Assembly (NCBI GenBank): GCA_964187785.1
Contig: OZ076413.1
Span: 46,006,001-46,070,000, forward strand
Origin: Amphiscolops sp. MND2022
Taxonomy: Eukaryota
Direction: 5' to 3'
Length of the DNA: 64,000 nt
The position numbers and the translations under genes are program-made. Positions within the stretch are counted from its first letter, which is position 1, and each line of letters begins with the position of its first letter. The notes under the pieces were generated by a model. The model searched no databases, had not been told where the DNA came from, and saw nothing but the letters and a program-made list of their open reading frames with translations. Positions 34,858 through 45,591 of the stretch are shown here, in pieces.

Positions 34858-37262
34858 GCTAGATTTCACCGGTTTCTGTGTGGCTAATACGCTTAATACC
34901 AGCAACCGAACAGGCGCTAGCAACTCAGGGGGCCTCAGACTAGGTTTCCGAAGATACCAGGGCCTCTAGATCAAGACTAACCCTTCACTCGTCCAGGTGG
35001 GAACTTAAGGAAATTGATGTTTTTCAACGTCCAAGATTTTTCGAAATACGTTCTAGGGCTCGCAGGCTACTCAAATTTGCACAGCGCTTTTCCACGAACA
35101 CACTGGGCCAGAAAATCAACCTGGTTTGGGACAAAAAATCTTTAGCCACTTACAGGGAGAGTTTCAAAGAATTCTTGGATTCCCCAAAAATCGCATAGCA
35201 ACACTCAAGAGGCTCGTGTGTGCGCTGGAAGCGCCTGATCAAGCCGAAAAATGACCAGTAGATCTTAGGTACACGTAGGTTTAAGGAAATGAGCACAGAT
35301 TTGAGCGGTGCCCCTTCTACGCGATTTCACCTAGCTACAGACGTGCGGTACCGCTATGTACCGAAATTCAATGCTTTTCACGTCTTTCTCAGGATTGCAG
35401 TCTACTGGAAGGAGCTAGCAAGCTCCAATTCTCTGCAGCAACGTAGGAACTAGCACAGGATACGATGGTGGGCTGCAATATAGCCCCACCCGTCGGCTAA
35501 GGTGCCCGGGTTACTCGGAAAAATTAAGAAAAAATGCCTTTTTGCACGCCTTTTTGGGTGCCACGTTTTTCCTATTTTCTCAACAAGTATCACACAGATC
35601 GGCACCAAACTTGGTAGAGTCACAAATTGACCAAGAGGATCACCTCAGAAAGTGATACGGCAGGCAAAATGGGACCAACGTGTTGCCCCACTATCCGTAG
35701 CACTAGATGACCCCTCAATTGGTTGTGCCCGTTGGGTATAAGGCACTGACAATCTTACAGTTTTAGACTTTTTTTTGGCTTTTTGCGCTTTTTTGAAGTC
35801 GAAACGTCAGAGAGCTTTTCTCGGCTTTGGTGAGCGATACGCTCACCAAATTTTTGGCACTAGTATTGAATTTGTTGGTGGTTACGTTACGAAACTGTAA
35901 CCACTTTTGGGCTAGGGTTCGGGACTAGGCGACCCGACCCTTACTCAGAGACAGTCCGGTTATGTGGAAAATAGATCAAATTCAGTGCGTTTTTCCACTT
36001 TTCTCAGCACTGAATGAAAATTTTTACACGCGGTTTTCGCCACCACGCGTTGTTTTTACTACAAAGACAGAAAATGAGAGCGTTCTAATCCGCCCCGTGC
36101 AAATAACTTCGCTCCCAAGACTTTCAGACAATGCACTTTCTATGCCTGAAAATGCCTGAAATCACATGTTTTTCGCACCGTATCAGCCCCAGGCTGCCTG
36201 AATCCGCTACAAAAGGAGCAGTTAGTGTCCTGTGGGTTAGTTACGCTTGAGGTAACACCGTACACTGCTTTTTTACGTCTCTACACGTGTGTACGTCTGT
36301 GTTTTGGGTGCCTTTTAGGCCAAATTTCCACTTTTTTTCACACTTCTGGCACTAAATCGGCACTTTTATCACAACTGAAGGCCAAAATACTACCTTTCGT
36401 GCCTTGTACCAGTTTTCTCGAGCCTTGTAGCTGCTTTTTTAGTACTTTTCACAAGGTTTTTCCTGGTTCCACTGAGCACTAGTGCTCGAAACCAAGAAAA
36501 ACACCAAAAAAAACGCAAAAATGAGGTTTTTTCTTCCAAGTGCCACCATTTTTGCAGAAAAACGCTTCGTAGGGTGTCGTTACATTTGCGATAAAACCTT
36601 ACTGACCTGCATCAACAATTCCACGTCGGAAAAGGTGCTTTTTCAAAAATTTTGCCAACCATGAGCCATTTGAGCGACGCGTCTGGTCACAGGGGGTGCA
36701 TCTTCACCACGCTTTTTCTCCACACCTAGACCAGATAGAGACACGCGGTTTGGACCCTTAGCATCGTCTGCTGTTGCACTTGCTGTCCACTAAAAACCAT
36801 ACCTCTAGGACGTCTCCACGAGAAATGAGAGTAAAAAGTAGGCAACACACAATTTGACCCTTCCCCTCGCCTCGCTGTCTCGTGGTCAGCCATCCACCAG
36901 TTACCTTCTTGCATGGCAAAAAATGGCTTAAAATAGCTTGACAAACCTGTTAAACACCCGTAGCCACGCGCTACGGTCCTCTGTTCCTGCAAAAAGATAC
37001 CCGCTGATGGGTACACAACACATCACACAAAAATAGCGATTTTCTTCTAAAACACCTAAAAACACCATTTTCACACCTGAAAACGTTATTTTTTCGGCGT
37101 TTTCTCTGGTTCAACGCCTCTCCCGGTTCCAGTAGGACGTGGTACGACTAAAAAAAGCAAAACTCTGCTTCTCTCTCCTTTTCCAGAGTCGAAACGGGCT
37201 GGGCGCTGATCACCAGGGGGCCAGATCTTTTAAAAACCGCTAGGGAAAGTTTCCCAAGACGA

Positions 37263-37279
37263 TCCCTCTGTGGTCGCCA
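37263..37279 (-). promoter_or_regulatory. Primer binding site, tRNA-Arg-like
   Basis: TGGCGACCACAGAGGGA resembles the complement of the animal tRNA-Arg(UCG) 3' end; lies 15 nt inside the LTR end. Confidence 0.7.
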
Positions 37280-37294
37280 AAAAATGAGGTTCTT

Positions 37295-38012
37295 TGTAAC
37301 GATAAGCGCTGGCGCTTGAACCGCAACTTAGAATGGAGGAACCAGAGCAGCGAATAGGATCCTGGACCTAGATCTCCGCGGCCCTAGCTCATTTTCCCTC
37401 CGAAGGAGCCAGTCCCAAGGTGGGGGAACCATCTTGTAAGAAACTCTCTGGCCTGGTCCTAGTCTGTAATTGCTAAAAGCAACAGGCATCTTGCATGACT
37501 CCAGAGCACTGCTTGACTAGCCTTTGAAAATAGGGGGCTAAAAACTAGAGAAGGTTGAGCCATAGTATTGGAGAATCTGATAAAATCGACATCGCCAAGT
37601 TGGGTAAATACAGATGTTAAGGGACAGCTCTCGAGCATATCAATTTACTGCAAGGAAAAACACTATAAAATCAAGAGTTTGAGTCATTTGATGGAAATTG
37701 ACCTCGGCTTCCCAGCGCTAGCGCTAGTCACCACACAGGACACCGCAGGGATCTTCAGGCAAGCATCTGGAACACTGGTTTCTGCTACTAAAGTAGTGTC
37801 AATCTCCCAGGGATGGGCACAATACCGTGTTCTACAGAAGGGATAGACGTCTATACAGTTGTCTCTTGCGCTCGTTCTTTGCGGGCGGCGACCTCTGCTT
37901 GTTGTGGTACGATTTTCTGGCAGGTCTTTCACCTTTAACATGTTTAGGAGTCACGTCAGATCTTGAACGAATTTTTGCATCGAAAATTTCGATATGGGCA
38001 GTTGCCGTTACA
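37295..38012 (-). repeat. 5' LTR of copy B (718 bp)
   Basis: Direct repeat of 19750-20466 with roughly two dozen differences. Confidence 0.95.
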
Positions 38013-38049
38013 TCATGCAATCTGATTTTTATATATTAAAAAAAGAACT

Positions 38050-38468
38050 ACGCATTACCATACATATGCCGCAAAAGTGGAATTTATCATGAAGTGTAAA
38101 CTGTATTGTCCGTAAAACGAGAGCGAACCGTATTCTAGTAAAACAGTGCACCGTGTTCATCATGGATTGTGATGCACAGTGTAATCAGAAATTGCAAATT
38201 ATGATCATTGAGCGTACGTAATAAGAGAAAAGTGGAAACCAGTCACACTTTGGTACACATCGTGAACAAAAATAACTCCAAACGATGCTTCCATTCATGT
38301 GTGAAAGTAGTCATTTACTGTATTTTGATCACTACGCGTAACGCCAAATCACACAGTGTAACGACCAAAACTAGTAACTCGTATCTGAAATAAGAACGCG
38401 TTTTTTTGGCTGTTGATCGAACTAGCAAGATCTTGCTAGTTCGTAGCGGCATATGTATCGTAATGCGT
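38050..38468. mobile_element. MITE (~420 bp) with 23-bp TIRs, possibly piggyBac-like
   Basis: ACGCATTACCATACATATGCCGC ... GCGGCATATGTATCGTAATGCGT (1 mismatch); TTAA overlaps the right end only. Confidence 0.7.
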
Positions 38469-38513
38469 TAATGTCAGGTGGTGATATTAATATCTTTCCA
38501 TAGAAATAACACC

Positions 38514-39794
38514 TATAAAAAGGGTTGTCATCGTGTAATTTTCTAGAACGTTGTATTGCGGTAATCTTTGAGGATTCATTCGGGAGTAACCCCTCCAGGA
38601 CGGTTGCTCTAGAAGTTTGTTTATCATCTTGTAAAAATACCGTTTTGGTATTTGTCTTTTTCTACAAACTTTGTTTTCTCATTTCATTAACTAAATTCAC
38701 GTCTTTCTACACAATGAAACATGTTTTTTTTCTTGAGCAAAATGGTGAACAGAAGAAACAGGAAATTTGATGGCTGAAAATCCCATCTCCAGAAAGATAA
38801 ATCAGTGAGACACCAGTAGAAACACCAAATCAAGGTAACGAGACTTTAAGCTGTACTAATGTGGATGGTAAAGAATATGTTGGTGAAACATCTTGGGTTC
38901 ACAGTTGACTGAATCTAGTCAAATTAGTAAGGACCCAAATCATTATCATTGAACAAAAGAATAACGACAGAATTGTGAAAAGGAGAGAATAGATCGAAAA
39001 CAAAGGTGAAGCTATTCTGGAAAAAACAAGGACCACTAAAAGTGCATCCACAGTAACAAATCCTAGATCTGAAACCGCTGAAACTCAAGATACACAATTG
39101 TTTCAAAAATCACAAGTCTCTGGGAGTCCGCGCATCAAATAACACAAACCTAGATACAGAAATAAAAATTATCCTCTCAAAGCTTCTGAAGTGAAAGAGT
39201 TAAGACGGTCAGACAAAATGTTGTACCAAAATGAACTAAGCTTAGATACAACAAGACGAGAACGTCTAAAGTCGGCGCTATATCTAAGGCTCAAAAAGCG
39301 CAAAACATTTTTTCGGAAAAAACTTGAAATTTTCGAAAAAAACTTGAAATTTTCGAAAAAAAAATTTTAAGGAAAATGTCGCACAGTGCAGAAACAAATC
39401 AAAAGGGGGGACCCTTTAGCCTCGGACGGTTTTGTAGATTACGTTAAAAAAGTACGAAATGAAAGGGGGGAGGGGGACCCTTTGGAGACAAAAATTTTTT
39501 CGAAAAAAAAGTCGCACAGTGCCGAAAAAATCGAAAAAATCGAAAGGGGGGACGCTGTAGTCCCGTCCGGTTTTGTAGGTTACCTTGAAAAAGGTTTGCA
39601 CTAAATTTGCCTTGGCCTCTTTGCCGGACTGGGCGCCTTGGGTGGTTTCAGTAATGTTTCTAAAAAGTGGACCGATCAGTGTGAGGCTGAAGAAAAAAAA
39701 AGTCACTGCTATAGTCGGGCATTTTTCCTTAAAAGGAAAACGCGCCGACTAACAATATTTTCAAAAAGAGACTCAGAAGAAGAGGATTATCACA
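38514..39794 (+). mobile_element. Probable decayed LTR fragment carrying a gag N-terminus, interrupted by a repeat at 39250-39751
   Basis: TATAAAA at 38514, decayed frame starting MVNRRNRK; frame rejoins across the insertion as LDTTIFSKRDSEEEDYH and ends at ...TATCACA. Confidence 0.4.
39250..39751. repeat. Interspersed non-coding repeat with internal GTCGCACAGTGC/AGGGGGGACCC sub-repeats and a terminal hairpin (Helitron/Helentron-like, unclassified)
   Basis: Starts AACAAGACGAGAACGTCTAAAGTCGGCGC; ends with AGTCGG...CCGACT stem; inverted relatives at 40319-40353 and 42290-42687. Confidence 0.75.
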
Positions 39795-42289
39795 CTCAGG
39801 ATTGGTGAAGCTTCCTATGTGATTATGAATAGCATGGGAACGATTATGTTCATAGTATGAGTGACCAGATTCGAAATTGTTCAAACAATCGAAGTCCCCT
39901 TAGCGGAAAAATTAAATTAGGACCACATCAATAAGTTGCTCATTTGCTTTTCTTTGGTTTCTATGGTTATCTAATGGCCGTGTAGCATTAAGGGTGATCT
40001 TTGGCATCGCGTTTTCCGAAGCCGCTTGTTATGTAAAGTTTTTCGGGTTTTTAGAGTTTGATGAGTCATTTTGACGGAAACTTGTGATGTTTAGAAATTT
40101 TTCGTGTAATTTCTGTATCACTTATCTGATAGGATTTAGATTTTATTTACTTCGGTAAAAACTGTTTTTACAGAAAGTCCGTCTCCAGGTACATTCTTCT
40201 GAAGAAATTAGCAGGGTTTCTCATAGTTTCAGTTGGTTCTAACTGTTTTTTCAGAAGTAAAAATTTCTATTTTTCGATGTTATTTTTGTAATGTGAATGT
40301 CAAAATCGGGCCGTTTTCAGTCGGCGCTTTTCTTAAGAAAAGAGCCCGACTATTACCGTCACTCGTTTTTGAGGCTTCGAGCGAGCGAAGCGAAGCGACG
40401 AAGTCTCTATTGTTCCGCGTTTACTAGCGTTTCGATTTTTTTTCGCGTGACATACCCTCTGCATTTGTATTAATTGAAGGCTATTTTCTCAGAGCCTATT
40501 TTTCCGCGACCATCCAAACTTTCCAAAAAGAAACGCAACTTGATGCTCTTTCTAACCGTGTAAAAACTTTCCGAAAATTTTCCACCGGCGCGATTTTATT
40601 AGCTTCGAAAGCGCGAAATTTTCGAAAATTTTTACACGGGTTTTTGTCGATTTTGCTATTTTTCTTTTCGCAAACCACAGCGAATTGGCCCGATGTAGGT
40701 ACTAACCAACGTAAAACGATGTTTTCTTTAATTTGGTGAAAGTTTTTTTATCCTAGAATTATTGGGCTTCGCGAAAATGACCATTAAAAATAGGAAAAAT
40801 TTTCGGTTTTTTTGCGTAAAAAATTTCTCAACCTATTTTCAAGTAGCAATCAGTTCTAATCCAAGCAGTGGTGTTTCTACTCGATAACAGGTCTGCTTAG
40901 CTGCCCAAAGTTAGATATTGGAAAGTCACAACGTTTACGTCGGACAGATAGAGACAAAAAAGTTTTCAAATTTTTTGAATTTTTGATAAATTGCTCTCTT
41001 TATTCAATTTTGTAAAAGTTTTGGCCTATTTTCTCGGAGCCTAATACTTCGAGACCATCCAAAAACTCAACAAATTGTTGGAACTGAATTTGTTGGTGAA
41101 GATTTAAATGTTGTTGGATTTTCGGGCAGTTCATTGTATATTATACAAATTGTGCTTTACTACGAATCTTGAAATAAATGAATATTTGATCCTTCAATTT
41201 TTAAATATACATTTTCCAAACTAATCTTAGGAAGGATGGAAATAGACGAAGTTACCGGATCGGTCTTGTAAAAATGCATAGATTGCGGTCTGATTACCCC
41301 TAGTAACCCTCCTACTGTCTTATTTGCACGGCTGTTGTTAAAAATGCTGACTTCATCCTTGGAAGGTTTTCATTTATTTATACTGCTAGTAGAAAATGTA
41401 AAAATGCTCGAAGACCTATCGGCAATGTACATTGAATCATATACTCCATAATTGCTCATTGATTTGCTTTGTCTCATGCCTGTAAAATTTTCGGTGAATA
41501 GTTTTTTTGTTCATTTTTGATGTCGGAAACCAAAAGTTTTTTTCAGACCTCTCGATGTATGGGTTTTCGAGAGTGAGATCATATTGGACCACTGGAGTAC
41601 ATACTCACCGTTAGTTATTGATGATGTGGTTGTTTGAAGCGTAAAACCGCGAAATTTCCGTTCTTAACGTATTCTATCCAGTGAATATCTGCACAGAAGG
41701 TATTATGCATTACCGCAATATACCTGAGAGATTTGATGTCATATGCAACGATTAAATCAAGACAACACTAAGTTATATTCACACCTCGCTGTGCAATGAT
41801 ATTCAACTACGTTGTATTGAAAACAAAAATGATTTCGGATCTTTTCGTGATTTTGCCCCATTCGCAAATTTTAACAGGTTATTCATCCTCTGGAATACGT
41901 TTCCAACGGTGCCCACTGATGCTGGAAGGTTGTTTGATGCACAATTCAGCTAATTTTTAGAACTGAAAGTATACTTGCTAGTGATGGCACATATCAACCG
42001 TCCTATTGATAACTAGGGCAGCCCTTCCTTTTATATAGTGGTAAAGGCCGAAAAAGTTAAGCTTCATAGGATTAATACCCGCAATTCTTTTCAATTTCGT
42101 TGTATTTTGAGCATTCTCGTGCCGTATATAACCTTAGCTATTCGTCATAGCTAATAACTTGATAATATGGTTCAAATGCACATGATGATAGTCAAATATG
42201 GCTGCGGGACCTGTCGCTCGAAGCCGTGCGCAAATTCCTTTGCGCCTATGTTTTTTATTTAAGACAGACTCGAAGCGACGAACGTTAAA

Positions 42290-42687
42290 ATTAACGTTCA
42301 ACTACTAAATACAGTACTACTAAAATACTGGCAGCGCATTTGAGATAGTGCAAAGGGTCCCCCCTTTCAGTAAGTCCATTTTTATCGTAAGATACAAAAC
42401 AGGACGAGACTATAGGGTCCCCCCTTTGAGTTTTTTTCGGCACTGTGCGACTTTTTTTCGAAATTTTTTTTGTCCCCAAAGGGTCCACCCTTCGAGTTTT
42501 TTGATATTTTGCAACGGAATGTATGTTAATAAATCCAGAAGGGTCCCCCTTTTACATTTTTCGGCACTGTGCGACTTTTTTTGAAAGAAAAAAATTTTTC
42601 AAAAATTTCAATTTTTTTTCCAAAAAAAATCTTTTGCGCTTTTTGAGCCTTAGATATGGCGCCGACATTAGACGTTCCCGTCTTGTT
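42290..42687. repeat. Second, inverted copy of the 39250-39751 repeat family
   Basis: GGCACTGTGCGAC and GGGTCCCCC sub-repeats; terminus GCGCCGACATTAGACGTTCCCGTCTTGTT. Confidence 0.75.
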
Positions 42688-43462
42688 AGATATTGTTTAG
42701 TTCTTTGGTACAGGCCGCGTTTTCGGTCTCTAGAAATATGTTTTTCATTTTTTCAGTTTATTTTTCGTTGTTTAAAGAAGACTTTTTTTTGTTATTGTAG
42801 ATTATATATTACAAATCTGTTGTTTTGTAGATCTTGTTCAGTTTGGCTCTTGTTCAAACTACCTCTCAGCTCTTTCTGAATGTTTTCCAGACATCCTTCA
42901 CAGCTGAAGTTTAGTTAATAGAGCGTTTGTAAAATATAAGTTTTTCTCGAGGTTTTTGTTATTCAAAAGTGGTGTCCTATTTTCTCAAGAGTGTTTGGTG
43001 CCAAAGTTAGACAAAAAATGCCGCTATGCTACTGAGCATATTGTTCTGCTCTACATTTCAATGTTCAAAGACTATGATTTCAGGAAGTTAAAAAGATTAT
43101 CAATAAGCACGAGTGTGATGTTGACAATTTCCATCACGGTGACAAAATTAGCGCAGAGAGAACAATTGCGGTGACAAATATCCGTAGGGGAACCTAGATT
43201 CTTGCACTGGTTCTGGATGTATCAATTGATAGTTGCAATTGAAAGTAAATTGAGTAACAATTTGGGCAACCGGGAGTTTTTTTATATTTTAACTTTCATA
43301 TTGAGAATAATGCGCAGAGGATTAAAAGGACACCCCTAGTCGAGCTTGCTGCATGCAGCGTTACCTCGTATACACTACAAATTCAGTGGGATTCCGGCGG
43401 TAAATCTTGAACGAATACACTGCTCTTTCCACTATTGTAATGACAATTGAAAATACTTTTTT

Positions 43463-44011
43463 CCCTGGTTGGAACTGCTTGAACTTTTTACATGTTTTTG
43501 TAGGTTACCAAGCTAATTTTCCATGATTTTATAAAATTCTCGAAGAAATGTCTATGCATTAAATCTTCACTGATTCGATTTAATTTTATCAAGCTGCCTA
43601 TAAAATGCATCTTAAATTTGACTGTAATTCTGCGCCGCGACGTTTTGCAAGTTTCATAAAGACGCCGTTCTAATTTTGAAAGCAGCTGAGACCTTAATCA
43701 TTTTTACCGCGCTGTCAATGCAAACCAATTTCAGTCACATTATAAGTTTCAAAGTAGCGTCATATTCAGCGTGCTACTTGGCTAACGGTGATTACATAAG
43801 GTACCTACATGAGAAACTTACGCGTGAAAACAAAGTGATCGCTGCGGCGAAGAAGTGGAATTGTTTTCAGTTTTAATTCAAATAGCGAAGGCTGCATTGT
43901 AATCCTACAAAATGTTTTCATGCACGGTCCCGGAATTTTCCATGTTTTATAAAAAATCAGCCTGCATGTTTCCATGCAGCATGCAAAAAGTTCAAGCAAT
44001 CTCGACTAGTG
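43463..44011. mobile_element. MITE of the same family as 16593-17024 (inverted, ~115 bp longer)
   Basis: Long reverse-complement match to 16593-17024 with the same TIRs. Confidence 0.8.
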
Positions 44012-44904
44012 TATTCACTACATTGCAAAAATGTTTGTTATTTTCCCACCGCACTTTTTACTAATGGGGGGGACCATGATCTGTGACGCATTTTTTCCAA
44101 ATTCTGTCAAAATAATATCTAAAGTCAAAACAGGGAATAAGATCAAAATTTCAGGACGGGAATACGTTCTAAAGGGAAGAAGATCTAAAATCACTAAATT
44201 TAAGATCTTATTCTTTAGATCCTATTCCCCCATCCCGAAAGAGCTATATCTCAGTTGGAGGCGAAAAGGGCGGAAAATATCCCGGTGCTTAGCGGGCGTC
44301 TTTTATTCACATTTGGTTTCTCAACTAGTCAACTGAAACAATCACTGCTTCACAAATAGCATGTTGCAAGTGACGCTGGTTCGCAGTTTATAATGTGGCT
44401 GAAGTTACTTTTCGTTTGAATGTCGTTAAAATTGAAGCGTTCCCAGTTGCATATAAATAGGACTGGTGCATAATGAAACTTGCAAAGCCTCAAGCTTTGA
44501 AATAGCCGCCAATTTTGAGACAATCATAATGAAAAAAAGTAAATGAAATGGAATTCAGCAGCCGCCCTCAAAGAAACATTATGTCATATATGGTCATCAG
44601 AAGTTTGAAAAAGTTCGTTCGGTAATCCTAATACATGTAAATTTCGATTTGTTCCTGAATGACCCTAAAGAACTGGGAATAGCATAGATTGGTTGACATT
44701 TGCAAAGCCGGCAGACCATTTAGCCCCGCGGCGCTACACTGCTTCGAATGATATGTAACACCACTCTATGCGACGGCTATATTCATCATTATCAATATTT
44801 AGGGTTAGGAGTTTTTTATCGAAACTCGAAGACCACGCTTCCCGTTTAGTCAACTAGTTCGAATTTCCCTTTTGTTGTTTTTGGTTTCTGGATTTTAGAG
44901 TTTC

Positions 44905-45591
44905 CCCAGTGACACGAATCTTGGTAGCCTTGCCAAGATCTTGGAAAAACATGGAAACGCATGGTAGGCTTACCAAGACGCATGGAAAAACATGATGCAT
45001 GCTACGCTTGGTAAGATCTTGGCAAGATCTTGGCAAGATCTTGACAAGCGTTCCATGTGGAAATGCTTGCCAAGATCATGGCAAGATCTTATCAAGATTG
45101 TGTTAGCTGTCTTATTGTGGAAGAAACAAACTCCATTTGTCAAACTTTCGCATGATTTTCCAATTTTCTTTGGTGCTGCAACTACAATACTTACTGTTAT
45201 AATATTTGAAAATCGAAACAAATAAATTTTGGTTATTCCAGTTTTCGAAAATATTCAATATAAAATCTCAAATGGCTCAAAAACACACGTAGAACGTATT
45301 AAGCTTTGCAAGTTACAACGAAAATCTTGGAATGCTTTGCAAAATGCATGAAAAAATCCTGGTTGGATTGGCAAGAAGGATAGAAAAATCTTGGTATGCT
45401 TGGCAAGACACATGGAAAAGCTTGGTAAGATACATGGAAAATCTTGGTACGCTTGGTAAGACGCATGGTCAGCCTTGCCATGATCTTGCATGATCATGGT
45501 AGCCTTGGTAAGATCTTGGCAAGATCTTGCCAAGATCTTGGCAAGCATACCGATGCATCTTGGCAAGCGTGCCAAGATTCGTGTCACTGGG
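44905..45591. mobile_element. Non-autonomous TIR transposon (687 bp), EnSpm/CACTA-like
   Basis: Perfect 20-bp TIR CCCAGTGACACGAATCTTGG, 2-bp TSD (TC), subterminal arrays of (C)CAAGATCTTG(G). Confidence 0.85.

Larger units (their letters stand above)
19750..38012 (-). mobile_element. Large Ty3/Gypsy LTR retrotransposon, copy B: full-length (18,263 bp) but coding regions decayed
   Basis: Two LTRs about 96-97% identical by manual count, PBS, PPT, and fragmented ORFs homologous to copy A throughout. Confidence 0.96.

Noticed and set aside
853..34969. Many short ORFs antisense to or overlapping the large retrotransposon ORFs
   Set aside because: Expected shadows of GC-rich coding sequence; no independent motifs
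15602..38039. Short ORFs within the LTRs of copies A and B (15640-16107, 20022-20300, 37568-37846)
   Set aside because: Frames are not conserved between subfamilies; similarity within B is just LTR identity
41340..41720. Possible Merlin/ISXO2 transposase relic (TGVHT...LKRK...EYLHR)
   Set aside because: Only a few residues across different frames; too weak without a search
44905..45591. CRISPR-like appearance of recurring palindromes (also 52451-52568 and 55600-56195)
   Set aside because: No constant repeat with unique spacers, no cas genes, eukaryotic context
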